A stretch of 64,000 bases of DNA from Malacoraja senta. Lineage: Eukaryota. Both the position numbers and the translations under genes were made by a program. This document shows positions 48,974-61,426 of this stretch, piece after piece (positions within the stretch are counted from its first letter, which is position 1; each line of letters begins with the position of its first letter). The DNA lies in NCBI GenBank assembly GCA_038087875.1, contig CM075993.1, positions 7,504,001 to 7,568,000 on the forward strand, given 5' to 3'. The notes under the pieces were generated by a model. The model was not told where the DNA came from. It saw only the letters and a list, made by a program, of their open reading frames with translations, and did not search any database.

Positions 48974-50666
48974 GTAAAACCTTTTATAATCATTTCATTA
49001 GTGGCGGCACGGTGGCGCAGCGGTCTAGACAACAGGTGCAGGAGGAGGCCATTCGGCCCTTCGAGCCAGCACCGCCATTCAATGTGATCATGGCTGATCA
49101 TCCCCAATCAGTACCCCGTTCCTGCCTTCTCCCCATATCCCCTGACTCTGCTATCTTTAAGAGCCCTATCTAGCTCTCTCGTGAAAGCATCCAGAGAATT
49201 CCATAGATTCACAACCCTCTGTGTGAAAAAGTGTTTCCTCATCTCCGTTCTAAATGGCCTACCCCTTATTCTTAAGCTGTGGCCCCTGGTTCTGGACTTC
49301 CCCAAACATCGGGAACATGTTTCCTGCCTCTAGCGTGTCCAAACCCTTAATAATCTTATATGTTTCAATAAGATCCCCTCTCATCATTCAAAATTCCAGA
49401 GTGTACAAGCCCAGCCGCTCCATTCTATCAACATATGACTGTCCCACCATCCCGGAAATTAACCTGGTGAACCAACTCTGCACTCACAGCGTCAGAGACC
49501 AAGGTTCGATCCTGTACAGAGTTTGTACGTTCTCCCGTAACCTGTGTGGGTTTTCTCCGGGTGCTCCGGTTTCCTCCCACACTCCAAAGACGTACAGGTT
49601 TGTAGGTTAATTGGCTTCTGTAAAATTGTAAATTGTCCCTGGTGTGTGTAGGACAGTGTTATTGTGCGGGGATCGCTGGTTGGCGTGGACTTGGTGGGCC
49701 GAAGGGCCTGTTTCCACGCTGTATCTCAAAACTAAACGAAACTAAGTTTGTGAAAGGCTTAGGCTCATTTTATTAACATCAGACTTGGGATTAAAAACAA
49801 ACGAAAATTTAAAAGATCATAAGATCATAAGTGATAGGAGCAGAATGAGGCCATTCAGCCCATCGAGTCTACTCCACCATTCAATCATGGCTGATCTACC
49901 TCTCCCTCCTAACCCCATTCTCCTGCCTTCTCCCCATAACCTCTGACACCCGTACTAATCAAACGAATTAGTTCAATCAAACTAATTAAAAGGCGCTTCT
50001 AAAACCTCAGTATGAATGGGAGATCTCACAACCTCTAGACTCCACATTAACTGGACACTCAGCCCTTTCCTCTCTCAATGCAGATAATCTGGGGCTCCTG
50101 GCTGCAAGAGGGCCAAGTGAACCTCTGCCTCACCTGACAGGACTGTCGGGGTCTTTAGTTTCGTTTAGTTCAGAGATACAGCGCGGATACAGGCCCTTCT
50201 GCCCCCTGAGTCCGTGCCGACCAGCGATCCCAGCACATTAACACTATCCCTAGACACACTAGGGACAATTTACATCCATACCAAGCCAATTAACCTTCAC
50301 ACCTGAAGATCAACACAAAATGCTGGAGTAACCCAGCGGGACAAGCAGGGATGCTGCCTGTCCCGCTGAGTTTCTCCAGCATCTTGTGTCTATCTTCAGT
50401 TTAAACCAGCATCTGCAGTTCCTTCCTACAACCTACAGACCTGTACGTCTTTGGAGTGTGGGAGGAAACCGGATCTCCCGGAGAAAACCCACGCAGGTCA
50501 CGGGGGGGGGGGACGTGCAAACTCCGCACAGACAGCACCCGTGGACAGGATTTAACCCGGGTCTCTGGCGCTGTGAGGCAGCAACTCTACCGCTGCGCCA
50601 CCGTGCTGCCCTTGGACAATCATCCAGGTGACCTGCCCATCTGATATCAGCAGCAAGAAGCCTCAC

Positions 50667-50875
50667 CTGAGTGTCTTTGTCACACGGTCCGTCTGCTACT
50701 GCCAGTGCACACACATCAACACTGGGTGTACGAGGAGCGGGGGAGCTCTGGGTGGTCTCCAAACCCCCTCCCTCAGACGTGGGCTCAAACGCCGTGACCT
50801 CGTGCTCCGTCACTGCCGGCAACACCACTCCATCAACACCCGACCCAAACTGCCATTGGCTTCTTTCTAGAGTTC
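50667..50875 (-). CDS. Coding exon (G)TLERSQWQFGSGVDGVVLPAVTEHEV...DGPCDKDTQ
   Basis: ccacag|GA acceptor, CAG|gtgagg donor, 209 nt, phase 1->0. Confidence 0.82.
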
Positions 50876-51051
50876 CTGTGGTAAAATACACATTTGTTGA
50901 ATTGTTAATCTCAGGAACAATTAAAACCACAATACCGATGACAAAGTTCATTTGTTGCTGAATCATGAAAGTTAAGGGCCTGTCCCACTTGGGCGTTATT
51001 GGGCCGAAGGGCCTGTTTCTGTGTTGTATCTCCAAACTAACCTAAAACTAA

Positions 51052-51283
51052 AGGGCCTGTCCCACTTGGGCGTTATTTGCGCGTCATTTACACGACATAA
51101 TTTACGCGTCACCATGCGCAAGACGCGCGCTTTGTGCATTACGCGGGCATGCGCGTGGTGAGACGTGGTGACGGAGGCAGTGACGCGCGGTGAGCGCGCG
51201 GACGCCCCAGGATTTTGGGATGCTCAAAATCCTCGCGTGCCACCTGCGTGACGCGCAAATGACGCCCAAGTGCGACAGGCCCT
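51052..51283. mobile_element. Harbinger-like CpG-rich MITE (family C)
   Basis: agggcctgtcccacttgggcgt / acgcccaagtgcgacaggccct TIRs; TWA flanks. Confidence 0.87.
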
Positions 51284-52387
51284 TTAGTTTAGTTTTAGGT
51301 TAGTTTGGAGATACAACGCAGAAACAGGCCCTTCGGCCCACCAAGTCCGCACCGACCAGCGATCCCCGCACATTAACACTATCCTACACACACTAGGGAC
51401 AATTGTTACATTTATACCAAGCCAATTAACCTACAAACCTGAAGGTCTTGGGAGTTAAAATCATTCAGTGTTCCAGTCACTGTAACAAGTAACTCTGGCC
51501 TCTGGCACAATGTGACGAGTGCACTGGAGCATCAGGGAACGGTTCATGGAGCATCATGGAGAATGGTTCACAATGGTGAGAGCACCAGGGAACTGAAACC
51601 AGGATACACTGGGTGTAAGAGACACACAACTCTGCAGCTCGCAGTGAACTGTCAAACACACCCAACCGCACAGAACGAGGTCCTTCAGCCCTTTAACTCC
51701 ATGCTAGCCCTCAGGAGAGCAATTCCATCAATCCCCATCCCCCCCTCCAAGAAGTCTGAAGGAGGGTCTCAACCCGAAACGTCATCTATCCATGTCCTAA
51801 GATGCTGCCTGACCTGCTGAGTTTCCCCAGCAATGTCTTGTTTCTTGTAAACCAGCCACTGCAGTTCCTTGTTTCTACTCTTTCTCTGCAGTTCCTTGTG
51901 GCCACTCTCCTTATTCCCCTGTACCACTCAACGCATCCTCTCTCTCTGCCCATTCCACCCCCCCCCCCCCCCCACCTCTCCCTCTCCTCCCCTGTACGCT
52001 GGGGGGTGATTTCCTGAGGCCTACAGTTCACCGCTGCAAGAAAGATAAGACTGTTCAATCAACCTTTGTAGCTTTGCCGGCACCAGAACCACGGCGACTC
52101 GTTGATTACCGTCTCGGTGAGGTTTTACCGTATGGTTTTACTGGGTTGTATGCAAAGACAAAGGACTTCACCGTACCTAGTGTAGCGGCCATTTAGCTTA
52201 ACTCAGTATGTTGTAACTATAACCAGTCACCATTATATTTTGTCTGCCTGTAATTATGTTGGTGGGATTTATTACGCAGTCTGAGGCGTGTTTGCGGCTG
52301 GGATTCTCGCGTAGACGCTGGTAGTTTTTAGTTTAGTTTGAAGAAGCATGGGGGAGGTCAAGGCGGGTACAGGCTTGGCACACTCAC

Positions 52388-52544
52388 CGTAATCTTCAGA
52401 AGCCACTCGCGGTGAGTCTTCGCTTTGCAGCGGCAGTAAGTTCTCCGGGGACGTGCCTCCATCTCGCGGTGTCGGGGCACGGGATGACTGACGGGAGCTC
52501 CCCCGACTCCGGCTCCTGCCCGGCTCACCAGACACCTCGGCCTC
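52388..52544 (-). CDS. Coding exon EAEVSGEPGRSRSRGSSRQSSRAPTPRDGGTSPENLLPLQSEDSPRVASEDY(G)
   Basis: ggtgcag|GAG acceptor, ACG|gtgagt donor, 157 nt, phase 0->1. Confidence 0.82.
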
Positions 52545-52788
52545 CTGCACCAAACCAAACGCTGGCTTACAATTGGCACTGCAGCCCGGCGTCACGCCCG
52601 TGAGATGCCAATGCTTGACGTCAACATCAATATCAACTGATTGGAACGGCATTGAATAACATCGGGACGGCAGGGTGGCGCAGCGGTAGAGTTGCTGCCT
52701 CACAGCGCCAGAGACCCGGGCTAGATCCTGACTATGGGTGCTGTCTGTGTGGAGTTAATCTAGCACTTTGTGTCTATCTCAGGTGTGA

Positions 52789-53230
52789 AGGGCCTGTCCC
52801 ACTTGGCCGTAATTTGCGCCTCATTTACGCGTCATATGTAAAATAGGTCGACGCGACGTCGCGCGCAAATCACGCGTCATCATGCCGTCTGGTGCGCGTG
52901 ACATCATTAGAATACCCTGCGGGGCGCGGCGACACATGGTTACGCACGGTGACGTAATCGTGCATCACCACGCGATACACGTGAGATGTTGGGACTTCAG
53001 CGTGCATACCTAATGCGTCAGCGTGCGTACGCGATACGTCACGCAGGTGGCGCACGAGGATTTTGTGCAGCGTGAAATCCTGGAGCGCCGCGCGATACCG
53101 TGCGCAACTCCACACTCCTCCACGCCTCTCCGTGAGCCCGTCCCGCGCTACCCTGCGTCACAACGCGCCGACCACATTTTTGGAGGTGGCGTAAATGGCG
53201 CACAAATGACGGCCAAGTGGGACAGGCCCT
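52789..53230. mobile_element. Harbinger-like CpG-rich MITE (442 bp)
   Basis: agggcctgtcccacttggccgt / acggccaagtgggacaggccct TIRs; tga/tta flanks. Confidence 0.87.
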
Positions 53231-53698
53231 TTAGGCATCATCCGCAGTTCCTCATTGTTAGAATCCAAAAGTGGACAAAGAGTAGACCCTGGACAAGGTG
53301 CAGAGGAGAGAGAGGGAAATACAAACGGTGACCAGAATGGGGCTTAAGGTACGGGGGGACAGGATGGTCAATAAGGCGTCTGTATTCATTGGCTAAAGCA
53401 CAAGAGTTGGGTCGTCATGCTACAACTGAATATGATGTGGCCAAGGCCACACTTGGAGTATCGTGTGCAGCTCTGATTGCCCAGCTATGGGAAGGAAACG
53501 TATAACATTCTTAAAGGATTGGACAGGCTAGATGCAGGAAAAATGTTCCCCGTGTTGGGGGGAGTCCAGAACCAGGGGTCACAGTTTAAGAATAAGGGGT
53601 AGGCCATTTAGGACTGGGATGAGGAAACACTTTTTCATCCAGCGAGTTGTGAATCTGTGGAATTCTCTCACTGCGTCACGGGAAAGCGGGTTGTGCAC

Positions 53699-53791
53699 CT
53701 GATTAGCGGAGTCTTGTTCCGAATCGACGTCACTGTTCATCATCTCCTCACTCATCCAGTCCACCTCCTCCCAGCCGTCTGCTTCACCAAC
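53699..53791 (-). CDS. Coding exon VGEADGWEEVDWMSEEMMNSDVDSEQDSANQ
   Basis: ctccccag|GTT acceptor, CAG|gtgcac donor, 93 nt, phase 0->0. Confidence 0.8.
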
Positions 53792-53821
53792 CTGGGGAGT
53801 AAACGGGATGTTCGTGTGAAA

Positions 53822-54115
53822 GGGTGGCGCAGCGGTAGAGTTGCTGCCTCACAGCGCCAGTGACCCGGGTTCGATCCTGACTACGGGTGCTGTCTGTACG
53901 GAGTTTGTACGTTCTCCCGGTGATGGTGTGGGTTTTCTCCAGGGCCTCCGGTTTCCTCCCACACTCCAAAGACGTGCAGGTTTGTAGGTTAATTGGCTCC
54001 GGTAAAATTGTAAATTGTCCCTCGTGTGTGTAGGATAGAGCTAGTGTACGGGGTGATTGCTGGTCAGCACGGACTCTGTGGGCCCAGGGGCCTGTTTCCG
54101 CGCTGTATCACTAAA
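53822..54115 (+). mobile_element. V-SINE (HE1-like)
   Basis: Same SINE consensus. Confidence 0.85.
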
Positions 54116-54464
54116 ACACAAAGTGCTGGAGTAACTCAGCGGGTCAGGCAGCATCTCTGGAGAACATGGATAGATGACCGACCCAAAACGTCACCTATCC
54201 ATGTTCTCCAGAGATGCTGCCTGACCCGCTGAGTTACTCCAGCACTTTGTGTTTTCTTTTGTAAACCAGCAGCTGCAGTTCCGTGCTTCTGCATTGGATG
54301 CTCCAACTTTGTTCTGCGGTTTAATGGATAGATAGGGCTGCGATATTGAGAAAACCCTCAGATGGTGGCATGGAAACTTCTACAGAGCATTTGTGAAACA
54401 CAATATTATTCCTTGGAGCGCAGGAGGATGAGGGGAGATCTTATAGAGGTGTATAAGAGCAGTA

Positions 54465-54796
54465 AAGCCCTGTCCCATGGTACGAGTTCATTCCAAGAGT
54501 TCTCCCGAGTTTATTTTAAAAATCAAACTCGTGGTAAGCACGTAGAATGAACGTAGCGGGTACGTCGGAGCTCAGGGACGTCTCTTAGCGGCTCGTAACG
54601 CTAACGGCAGGTACATGGGAAGACTCGCTAACGGCAGGTAAGCTCGAGAAGACTCGTGAAGATTTTTCGACATGTTGAAAAATGTCCACGAGAGCCCCGA
54701 GTACCGATGAGCGGCCATTACTGTAAATCTCCGAGTTCGAATCAGGGCAAACTCGGGAGAACTCTTGGAATGAACTCGTACCGTGGGACTGGGCTT
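54465..54796. mobile_element. Harbinger-like MITE (family B)
   Basis: Same TIRs and internal sequence as 34783-35112. Confidence 0.85.
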
Positions 54797-54889
54797 TTAG
54801 AGGAATAAATAAGGTAATGGAAAGTCTTTTACCCAGAGTAAGGGAATCAGGAACAGGGGGGAGATTTTATAGGAACCTGAGGGGCAACC

Positions 54890-55204
54890 TATGATGAAGA
54901 CTATCTACGACCACCTTCGACTACCCTCCATTACCTAACATGCCGACCTACTAGGACTAAACCCACGAGTAAAAAAAGTATTGATTTTTTCCATGGCGAC
55001 CTTTTTTTACTCGTGGGCATTTTTTAACATATTGAAGAAAACGCCACGACCTAGCTGAGGCCTCGAGTACACGGAGACCACTCTAGAGCATGAAGGAGAG
55101 TTACGAAGACCTCCTACGACCTCGTGTCGACCATGCTGCGAGTATGAGTCGAGGGCAAACTCGCCAGAACTCGCGGATTAGGTCGCCCAAGTGGGACAGG
55201 CCCT
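54890..55204. mobile_element. Truncated Harbinger-like MITE (one TIR)
   Basis: Ends caagtgggacaggccct|taa; internal ctacgacc-like repeats; left TIR missing. Confidence 0.65.
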
Positions 55205-55320
55205 TAAATTTATAATTCTAGATTTTATTGAACTATCTGAAATCAGTGGCGGGATTTGCACCAGGTACAGGCGGGCGGTGACAGGAACCTCTCACCACTG
55301 GAGCCAGGGTGGACCCTCAC

Positions 55321-55427
55321 CTGGAGATGCCTCCTCTGCTTCTGATGGTGGTCTCGCAGTCGCCTCCTCTCCATCTGGTGGACCTCTCGGACTTCATCCA
55401 ACTCTTGGCCTTGTATCAGAAGAAGTT
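55321..55427 (-). CDS. Coding exon (E)LLLIQGQELDEVREVHQMERRRLRDHHQKQRRHLQ
   Basis: ttttgtag|AA acceptor, CAG|gtgagg donor, 107 nt, phase 1->0, matches previous exon phase. Confidence 0.85.
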
Positions 55428-55644
55428 CTACAAAAGCCCGAGGGGGGAGAGGAAAATTACTTTGGAGAAACAAGGAACTGCGGGTGCTGGTTCACCAAAC
55501 AAAATGCTGGAGTGACTCGGCGGGTCAGGCAGCATCCCTGGAGGACATGGATAGGGGACGATTCGGGTCGGGACCCTTCTTTTACTCTCCATAAATTCAT
55601 CCTCTCTACTTCCGCCATATAAACTTCCTGTCTCAAAGTATTAG

Positions 55645-55985
55645 TTGAGGTTAGTTTAGAGATACAGCGCAGAAACAAGCCCCTTCGGCCCACCGAGTCG
55701 GTGCCAACCAGCGATCCCCGTACGCTAGCAACTATCCTGCACACTTTGGTCAAATTACAATTTTACCGAAGCCATTTTACCGTATGCAGTTTATTTTAAC
55801 AAAGGCAATTAACCTACAAACCTGTATATCTTTGGAGTGTGGGAGGAAACCAGAGCACCCGGTGAAAACCCACGCAGGTCACGGGGAGAAAGTACAAACT
55901 CCGTACAGACGGCGCCCATAGTCAGGATCGAACCCGGGTCTCTGGTACTGTGAGGCAGCAACTCTACCGCTGCACCACTGTGCCG
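55645..55985 (-). mobile_element. V-SINE (HE1-like)
   Basis: Reverse complement of the same SINE. Confidence 0.85.
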
Positions 55986-56981
55986 TTTAAGTGATTAATT
56001 ATATAAATGCTGAATTATATAAATGTGGAAAAGGCCTATTGCATTCACCACATGAGGCCTATCACAATGGAATGATTCAATGATGTGGCCAGGTCTCTAG
56101 GGCCCAAGCTGTCGGAAGAGGTTGGGCAGGCAAGGACATTATTCCTTGCACAGGAGTATGAGGGGTGATCTTATAGATAAAGTCATGAGGGAAATAGATG
56201 GGGTGAATGTGCAGAGTCTTTTATGCAGGGTAAGGGAATCAAGAACCAGAGGGCATCGGTTTATGATGAGAAGGGAAAGATTTAATGGGAATTTGAGGAG
56301 CAACTTTTCTCACTCAAAAAGTAGCAGGTATATGGAACGAGCTGCCACAGCAGGTATTTGAGGCAGGTAGTATGACAACATTTGGACAGATACATGGATA
56401 GCAAAGGTTTAGAGTGATATGGGTCAAATATCGGCACGTGGGACTAGCTTAGATGAGGCATCTTGGTTAGCAGGGACAGTTTGGGCCGAAGGGCCTGTTT
56501 CCCTGCTGAATGACTATGACTCTACAAGATGGCTTCCTTAAAACCTTTAATAGCTTGTCACTGTATAGACTTGTGAGTACAAGATGATACCATTATAAGT
56601 CATAGGAGCAGAATTAGGCCATTCGGCCCATCGAGTCTACTCCACCATTCAATCATGGCTGATCTATCTTTCCCTCTCAACCCCATTCTCCTGCCTTCTC
56701 CCCATAACCATTGACGCCCGTACTAATCAAGAACCTGTCAATCTCCACTTTTAAAATACCCAATGACTTGGCCTCCATATCCGTCTGCGGCAATGAATTC
56801 CACAGATTCACCGCCCTCTGGCTAAAGAAATTCCTCCTCATCTCTGTCCATGTGGAGTTTGCACTGTCCCCCTGTGACCACGTGGCTTTTCTCCAGGTGT
56901 TTTATAGTTCTGAAGATGCAGCGCGGAAACAGGTCCTTTGACCCACCGAGTCCGCGCTAACCAGCGATCCCCGCACACTAA

Positions 56982-57311
56982 TAGCCCTGTCCCACGGTGC
57001 GAGTTCATTCCAAGAGCTCTCCCGAGTTTTTAAAAAATCAAACTCGTGGTAAGTGCGGAGAATGAATGTAGCGGGTACGTCGGAGCTCGGGGACGTCTCT
57101 TAGCGGCCCGTAACGCTAACGGCAGGTACTCGGGAAGACTCGCTAACGGCAGGTAAGCTCGGGAAGACTGGTGAAGATTTTTCAACATGATGAAAAATGT
57201 CCACGAAAGCCCCGAGTACCGACGAGTGGCCATTACCGTAAATCTCCGAGTTTGAATCAGGGCAAACTCGGGAGAACTCTTGGAATGAACTCGTACAGTG
57301 GGACAGGGCGT
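56982..57311. mobile_element. Harbinger-like MITE (family B) inserted in a SINE
   Basis: Same TIRs; TAA TSD. Confidence 0.87.
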
Positions 57312-57753
57312 TAACACTCTCCGACACGCACTAGGGACAAATTAGATTTATACCAAGCCAATTAGTCTACAAACCTGTGTGTCGTTGGAGTGTGGGAGAA
57401 AACCGCAGCTTCTTGGAGAAAACCTACGCAGGTCACGGGGAGAGCGTACAAACTCTGGGTCTTTGGCGCTCTAAGGGAGCAACTCTAGCGCTGTGTCACT
57501 GTCCCGGGCGGCCTGTTCTCCGGACCACGATTCTCCTGAAGCCCCTTTTGAGATGTAAGTTGCCCCTATGGCCCTCTCTGCGGTTGATATCGCCACACTT
57601 GCTCTGGGGATTCAAACTAGGGGGGCAACTTACAGCGGGCCGATTAACCTGCCCGCCAGCACCGTCTTTGGGATGTGGGAGGGAACCGGAGCACCCGGAG
57701 GAAACCCACGCGGTCACAGGGAGAACGTACAGGAAGCGGAGTGGAGCTTGTAC

Positions 57754-57820
57754 CTCTCTGTGCTTCCTGGAGAGTGATGACATGTTGCTCCACTTTCAGC
57801 TTCAGCTCGTCCACGTCAGC
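57754..57820 (-). CDS. Coding exon ADVDELKLKVEQHVITLQEAQR(E)
   Basis: tacag|GCT acceptor, GAG|gtacaa donor, 67 nt, phase 0->1. Confidence 0.8.
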
Positions 57821-57917
57821 CTGTATTGTAGCACAGAACTAATGTTGTTAGCTCCAGCTCTCAGGGCGAACGGAATCAAGGGATATGGGAGATAGCAAGA
57901 ACGGGGGGACTGATTTT

Positions 57918-58282
57918 GGTTGCTCAACACTTCAACTCCCCCGCCCATTCCCACACTGACCTTTCTGTCCTGGGCCTCCTCCATTGTCAGAGTGGGGCCC
58001 AGCACTATTTGGAGGAACAGCACCTCATATTTCACTTGGGCAGCTTACATCCCAGCGGTATGAACGTTGGCTTCTCTAACTTCAAATAGCCCTTGCTTTC
58101 CCTTCTCTCCATCCATCCCCTTCCCAGTTCTTCAACCAGTCTTACTGTCTCCGACTACATTCTATCTCTGTCCCGCCCACTGCCCTGACCCGAAACGTCA
58201 CCCATTCCTTCTCTCCAGAGATGCTGCCTGTCCCGCTGAGTTACTCCAGCTTTTTGTGGCAATCTTCGATTTAAACCAGCAT
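57918..58282 (+). mobile_element. Penelope-like element 3' fragment
   Basis: VAQHFNSP.HSHTDLSVLGLLHCQS...EEQHLIF plus shared 3' end. Confidence 0.85.
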
Positions 58283-58858
58283 CCTACTGATTCAGGATGA
58301 TCAGCCTTGATCATATTGAATGGCGGTGCTGGCTCTAAGGGCTGAATGGCCTACTCCTGCCCCTATTTTCTATGTTTAACAGTGGCACTGTACCTCAGCA
58401 CCTCCCAGTGGTCCAGGCACTGGAGTGAAGTGAACTCCCGATGTTGGGGGCAGCTTCCCACACAAAAGCTAACCCTGGATTGTTAAATTTAGTTTAGAGA
58501 TACTGCGCGGAAACAAGCCCTCCGGCCCACCGAGTCCGCGCCGACCAGCGATCCCCGCACATTAATGTTATGTTACACACACTGGGGACAATTGTACATG
58601 GAATGAGTGTGTAGGAAGGAACTGCAGATGCTGGTTTAATCCGAAGATAGATACAAAAAGCTGGTGTAACTCAGCGGGACAGGCAGCATTTCTGGAGAGT
58701 GACGTTTCGGGTCAAGACCCTTCTTCAGACCATTCAAATTCATTGAGTTCCATCCCATGTTGAGGTGGACCTCAGCGGAATGAACGGGAGGGAATACGGG
58801 GCAAAGGGCACTCCCGCAGGCCGTCCCCGCGACTGGGTGCGAGGTGCCACCCTCCTAC

Positions 58859-59038
58859 CTGGCCGTCCCGTCCAATGCCGTGGGTCTGAGTTTGAGCATC
58901 CTCCAGCAGGTCCTCCAGCGGTTCAGGAGCTTCCTCCTCCTGGTCACTTGCAGAAGCAGCTCCTCTCTCCTCTTCCTCCACATCCCCGGACAACACCTCT
59001 CCTTCAGGCCCTTCCTCAGGATGTTGCTCAATCTCATT
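58859..59038 (-). CDS. Acidic coding exon NEIEQHPEEGPEGEVLSGDVEEEERG...GRDGQ
   Basis: Polypyrimidine tract + caag|AAT acceptor, CAG|gtagg donor, 180 nt, phase 0->0. Confidence 0.85.
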
Positions 59039-59117
59039 CTTGGGCAAGAGGGGAGAAGAAGACACTTCAGTGAACATTCAGCAAACGAGTCCCTCGGCCT
59101 GAAGAAGCATCTCAACT

Positions 59118-59498
59118 CAATAGACAATAGACAACAGGTGCAGGAGTAGGCCATTCGGCCCTTCGAGCCAGTACCGCCATTCAATGTGGTCATGGCTGAT
59201 CATCCCCAATCAGTACCCCATTCCTGCCTTCTCCCCATATCCCCTGACTCCGCTATCTTAAAGAGCCCTATCTAGCTCTCTCTTGAAAGCATCCAGAGAA
59301 CCTGCCTTCACCGCCCTCTGAGGCAGAGAATTCCACAGACTCACAACTCTCTGTGTGAAAAAGTGTTTCCTCGTCTCTGCTCTAAATGGCTTACTCCTTA
59401 TTCTTAAACTGTGGCCCTTGGTTCTGGACTCCTCCAGCATCGGGAACATGTTTCCTGCCTCTAGCGTGTCCAAACCCTTAACAATCTTATATGTTTCA
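59118..59498 (-). mobile_element. CR1 3' fragment
   Basis: ETYKIVKGLDTLEAGNMFPML..; CR1 tail. Confidence 0.88.
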
Positions 59499-61234
59499 TA
59501 CGTCACCTATTCCTTTTCTCCAGAGATGTTGCCTGACCCGCTGAGTTACTCCAGCACTTTGTCTCTATCTTAACTCTCTGATCCCTGCAGTTCCTACACT
59601 CTTCCCCCAAACCCAGGAACTCATCGTAGCTAAGGTGCTGTCTGACCCATCTCCACCACACTGCGGACATTGGCCTTCGTCTCCGGAAGTGATCATTGAG
59701 AGGGCAGCATCTCTGGAGAACATGGACAGGTGACGCTTTGGATCGCAACACCTCTTCAGACCATCTGCATCACAGATTGGGCGGAGAACAGCTCTGCCCA
59801 CGACCGCAAGAAATTACCGAGAGTCGTGGATGTAGCCCAGTGCGTCGCATAGACCAGACTGCCCACCACTGACTCCATCTACACTTCACGCTGCCTCGGA
59901 AAAACAGCCAATGTAGTCAAAACCTTGTCCCACCCCGGTCATTCCTTCTTCTCCCCGCTCCCATCCGGCAGAAGGTACAGAAGATTGAAGACACGCACCG
60001 CCAGACTCAAGAACAGCCTCTTCCCCTCTGTAATCCGGTTTCTGAATGGTCCTTCCATAAGCTAGGGCCACAGTTTAAGAATAAGGAGTAAGCCATTTAG
60101 AACAGAGACGAGGAAACACTTTTTCTCACAGAGAGTGGTGAGTCTGTGGAATTCTCTGCCTCAGAGGGCGGTGGAGGCAGGTTCTCTGGATGCTGTCAAG
60201 AGAGAGCTAGATAGGGCTCTTAAAGATAGCGGAGTCAGGGGAAATGGGGAGAAGGCAGGAACGGGGTACTGATTGGAGATGATCAGCTGGCTCGAAGGGC
60301 CGAATGGCCTCCTCCTGCTCCTATTGTCTATTGTCTAAGATACTGTCCCCATTGCGGACATTGGACTTTACAGCTGAGAACTATATTCTGCACTCCGTAT
60401 CTTCCCTATCGCTCCACCAATTGTACTAGAGTTTGACTTGAATGTATTTATTGTAGTGTTATCTGACCTGTCTGGACAGCATGCAAGACAAAGCCTTTCA
60501 CTGTACCTCGACACTGGTCAACCTGAGGAGCACCTTCAGCAACAGACTGGTTCCACCAAGATGCAGCACAGAACGCCACAGGAGATCCTTCTTCCCTGTG
60601 GCTATCAAACTGTACAACTCCTCCTCCTTCTGACGTGGGGTAGACTGAGACTGACCTCCCCCCCCCCCCCCCTGCCCCCCAATCTTTGCACATCCCCAAT
60701 CCTTTCCACTCGTCACCTTAATTTCATGTTTCATGTATTTTGTGAGTTATGACTGTTGGCAGATCAATAATGTTCTAATGTATCCTTCTGAACCGTCTGA
60801 ATTTTGTAGTCGGCAGGGCAGTACTCTGCATATCGCCAACTTGGACAATTTTACACTTATACCAAGCCAATTAACCTACAAACCTGTACGTCTTTGGAGT
60901 GTGGGAGGAAACCAAAGATCTCGGAGAAAACCCACGCAGGTCACGGGGAGAACGTGCAAACTCCGTACAGACAGCACCCGTAGTCGGGATCGAACCCGGG
61001 TCTCTGGCGCTGCATTTTGCTGTAAGGCAGCAACTCTACGTTGTGCCACCGTGACTGCCATATCATATCGTATCGTATCATTTCTTACATAGGGAATAGG
61101 TGCAGGAGTAGGCCATTCGGCCCTTCGAGCCAGCACTGCCAATAATCAACAATAATCAACCTGTGCCTCGCTTGGTAGCAGGCGGATGGATGGGTTTGCA
61201 TTGGTTGTACATTTTACAGCTCACTGGAGTTCAC

Positions 61235-61426
61235 CTTCAGTTGACTTGGTGACTCTGTTGCCTGGCAATGGGCCTCTGGTAGCTGGGCGCCATGTTCCTG
61301 CTCCAGCAGCGGGCCCTCTCTGACTGCGCTCTCCAACTCCTCGACACGGGCTTGCTGACGCCTCAATTCCTCTTCCAGAAGCTTCTTCTGCCCTTCATAG
61401 TCCTGGCTCAAATTTCGGATGGATTT
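61235..61426 (-). CDS. Coding exon KSIRNLSQDYEGQKKLLEEELRRQQARVEELESAVREG...SPSQLK
   Basis: cccag|AAA acceptor, AAG|gtgaac donor, 192 nt, phase 0->0, open frame, coiled-coil composition. Confidence 0.88.

Noticed and set aside
59590..59700. Unique segment as an extra exon of the coiled-coil gene
   Set aside because: No clear acceptor/donor pair; the flanking exons already join in phase 0
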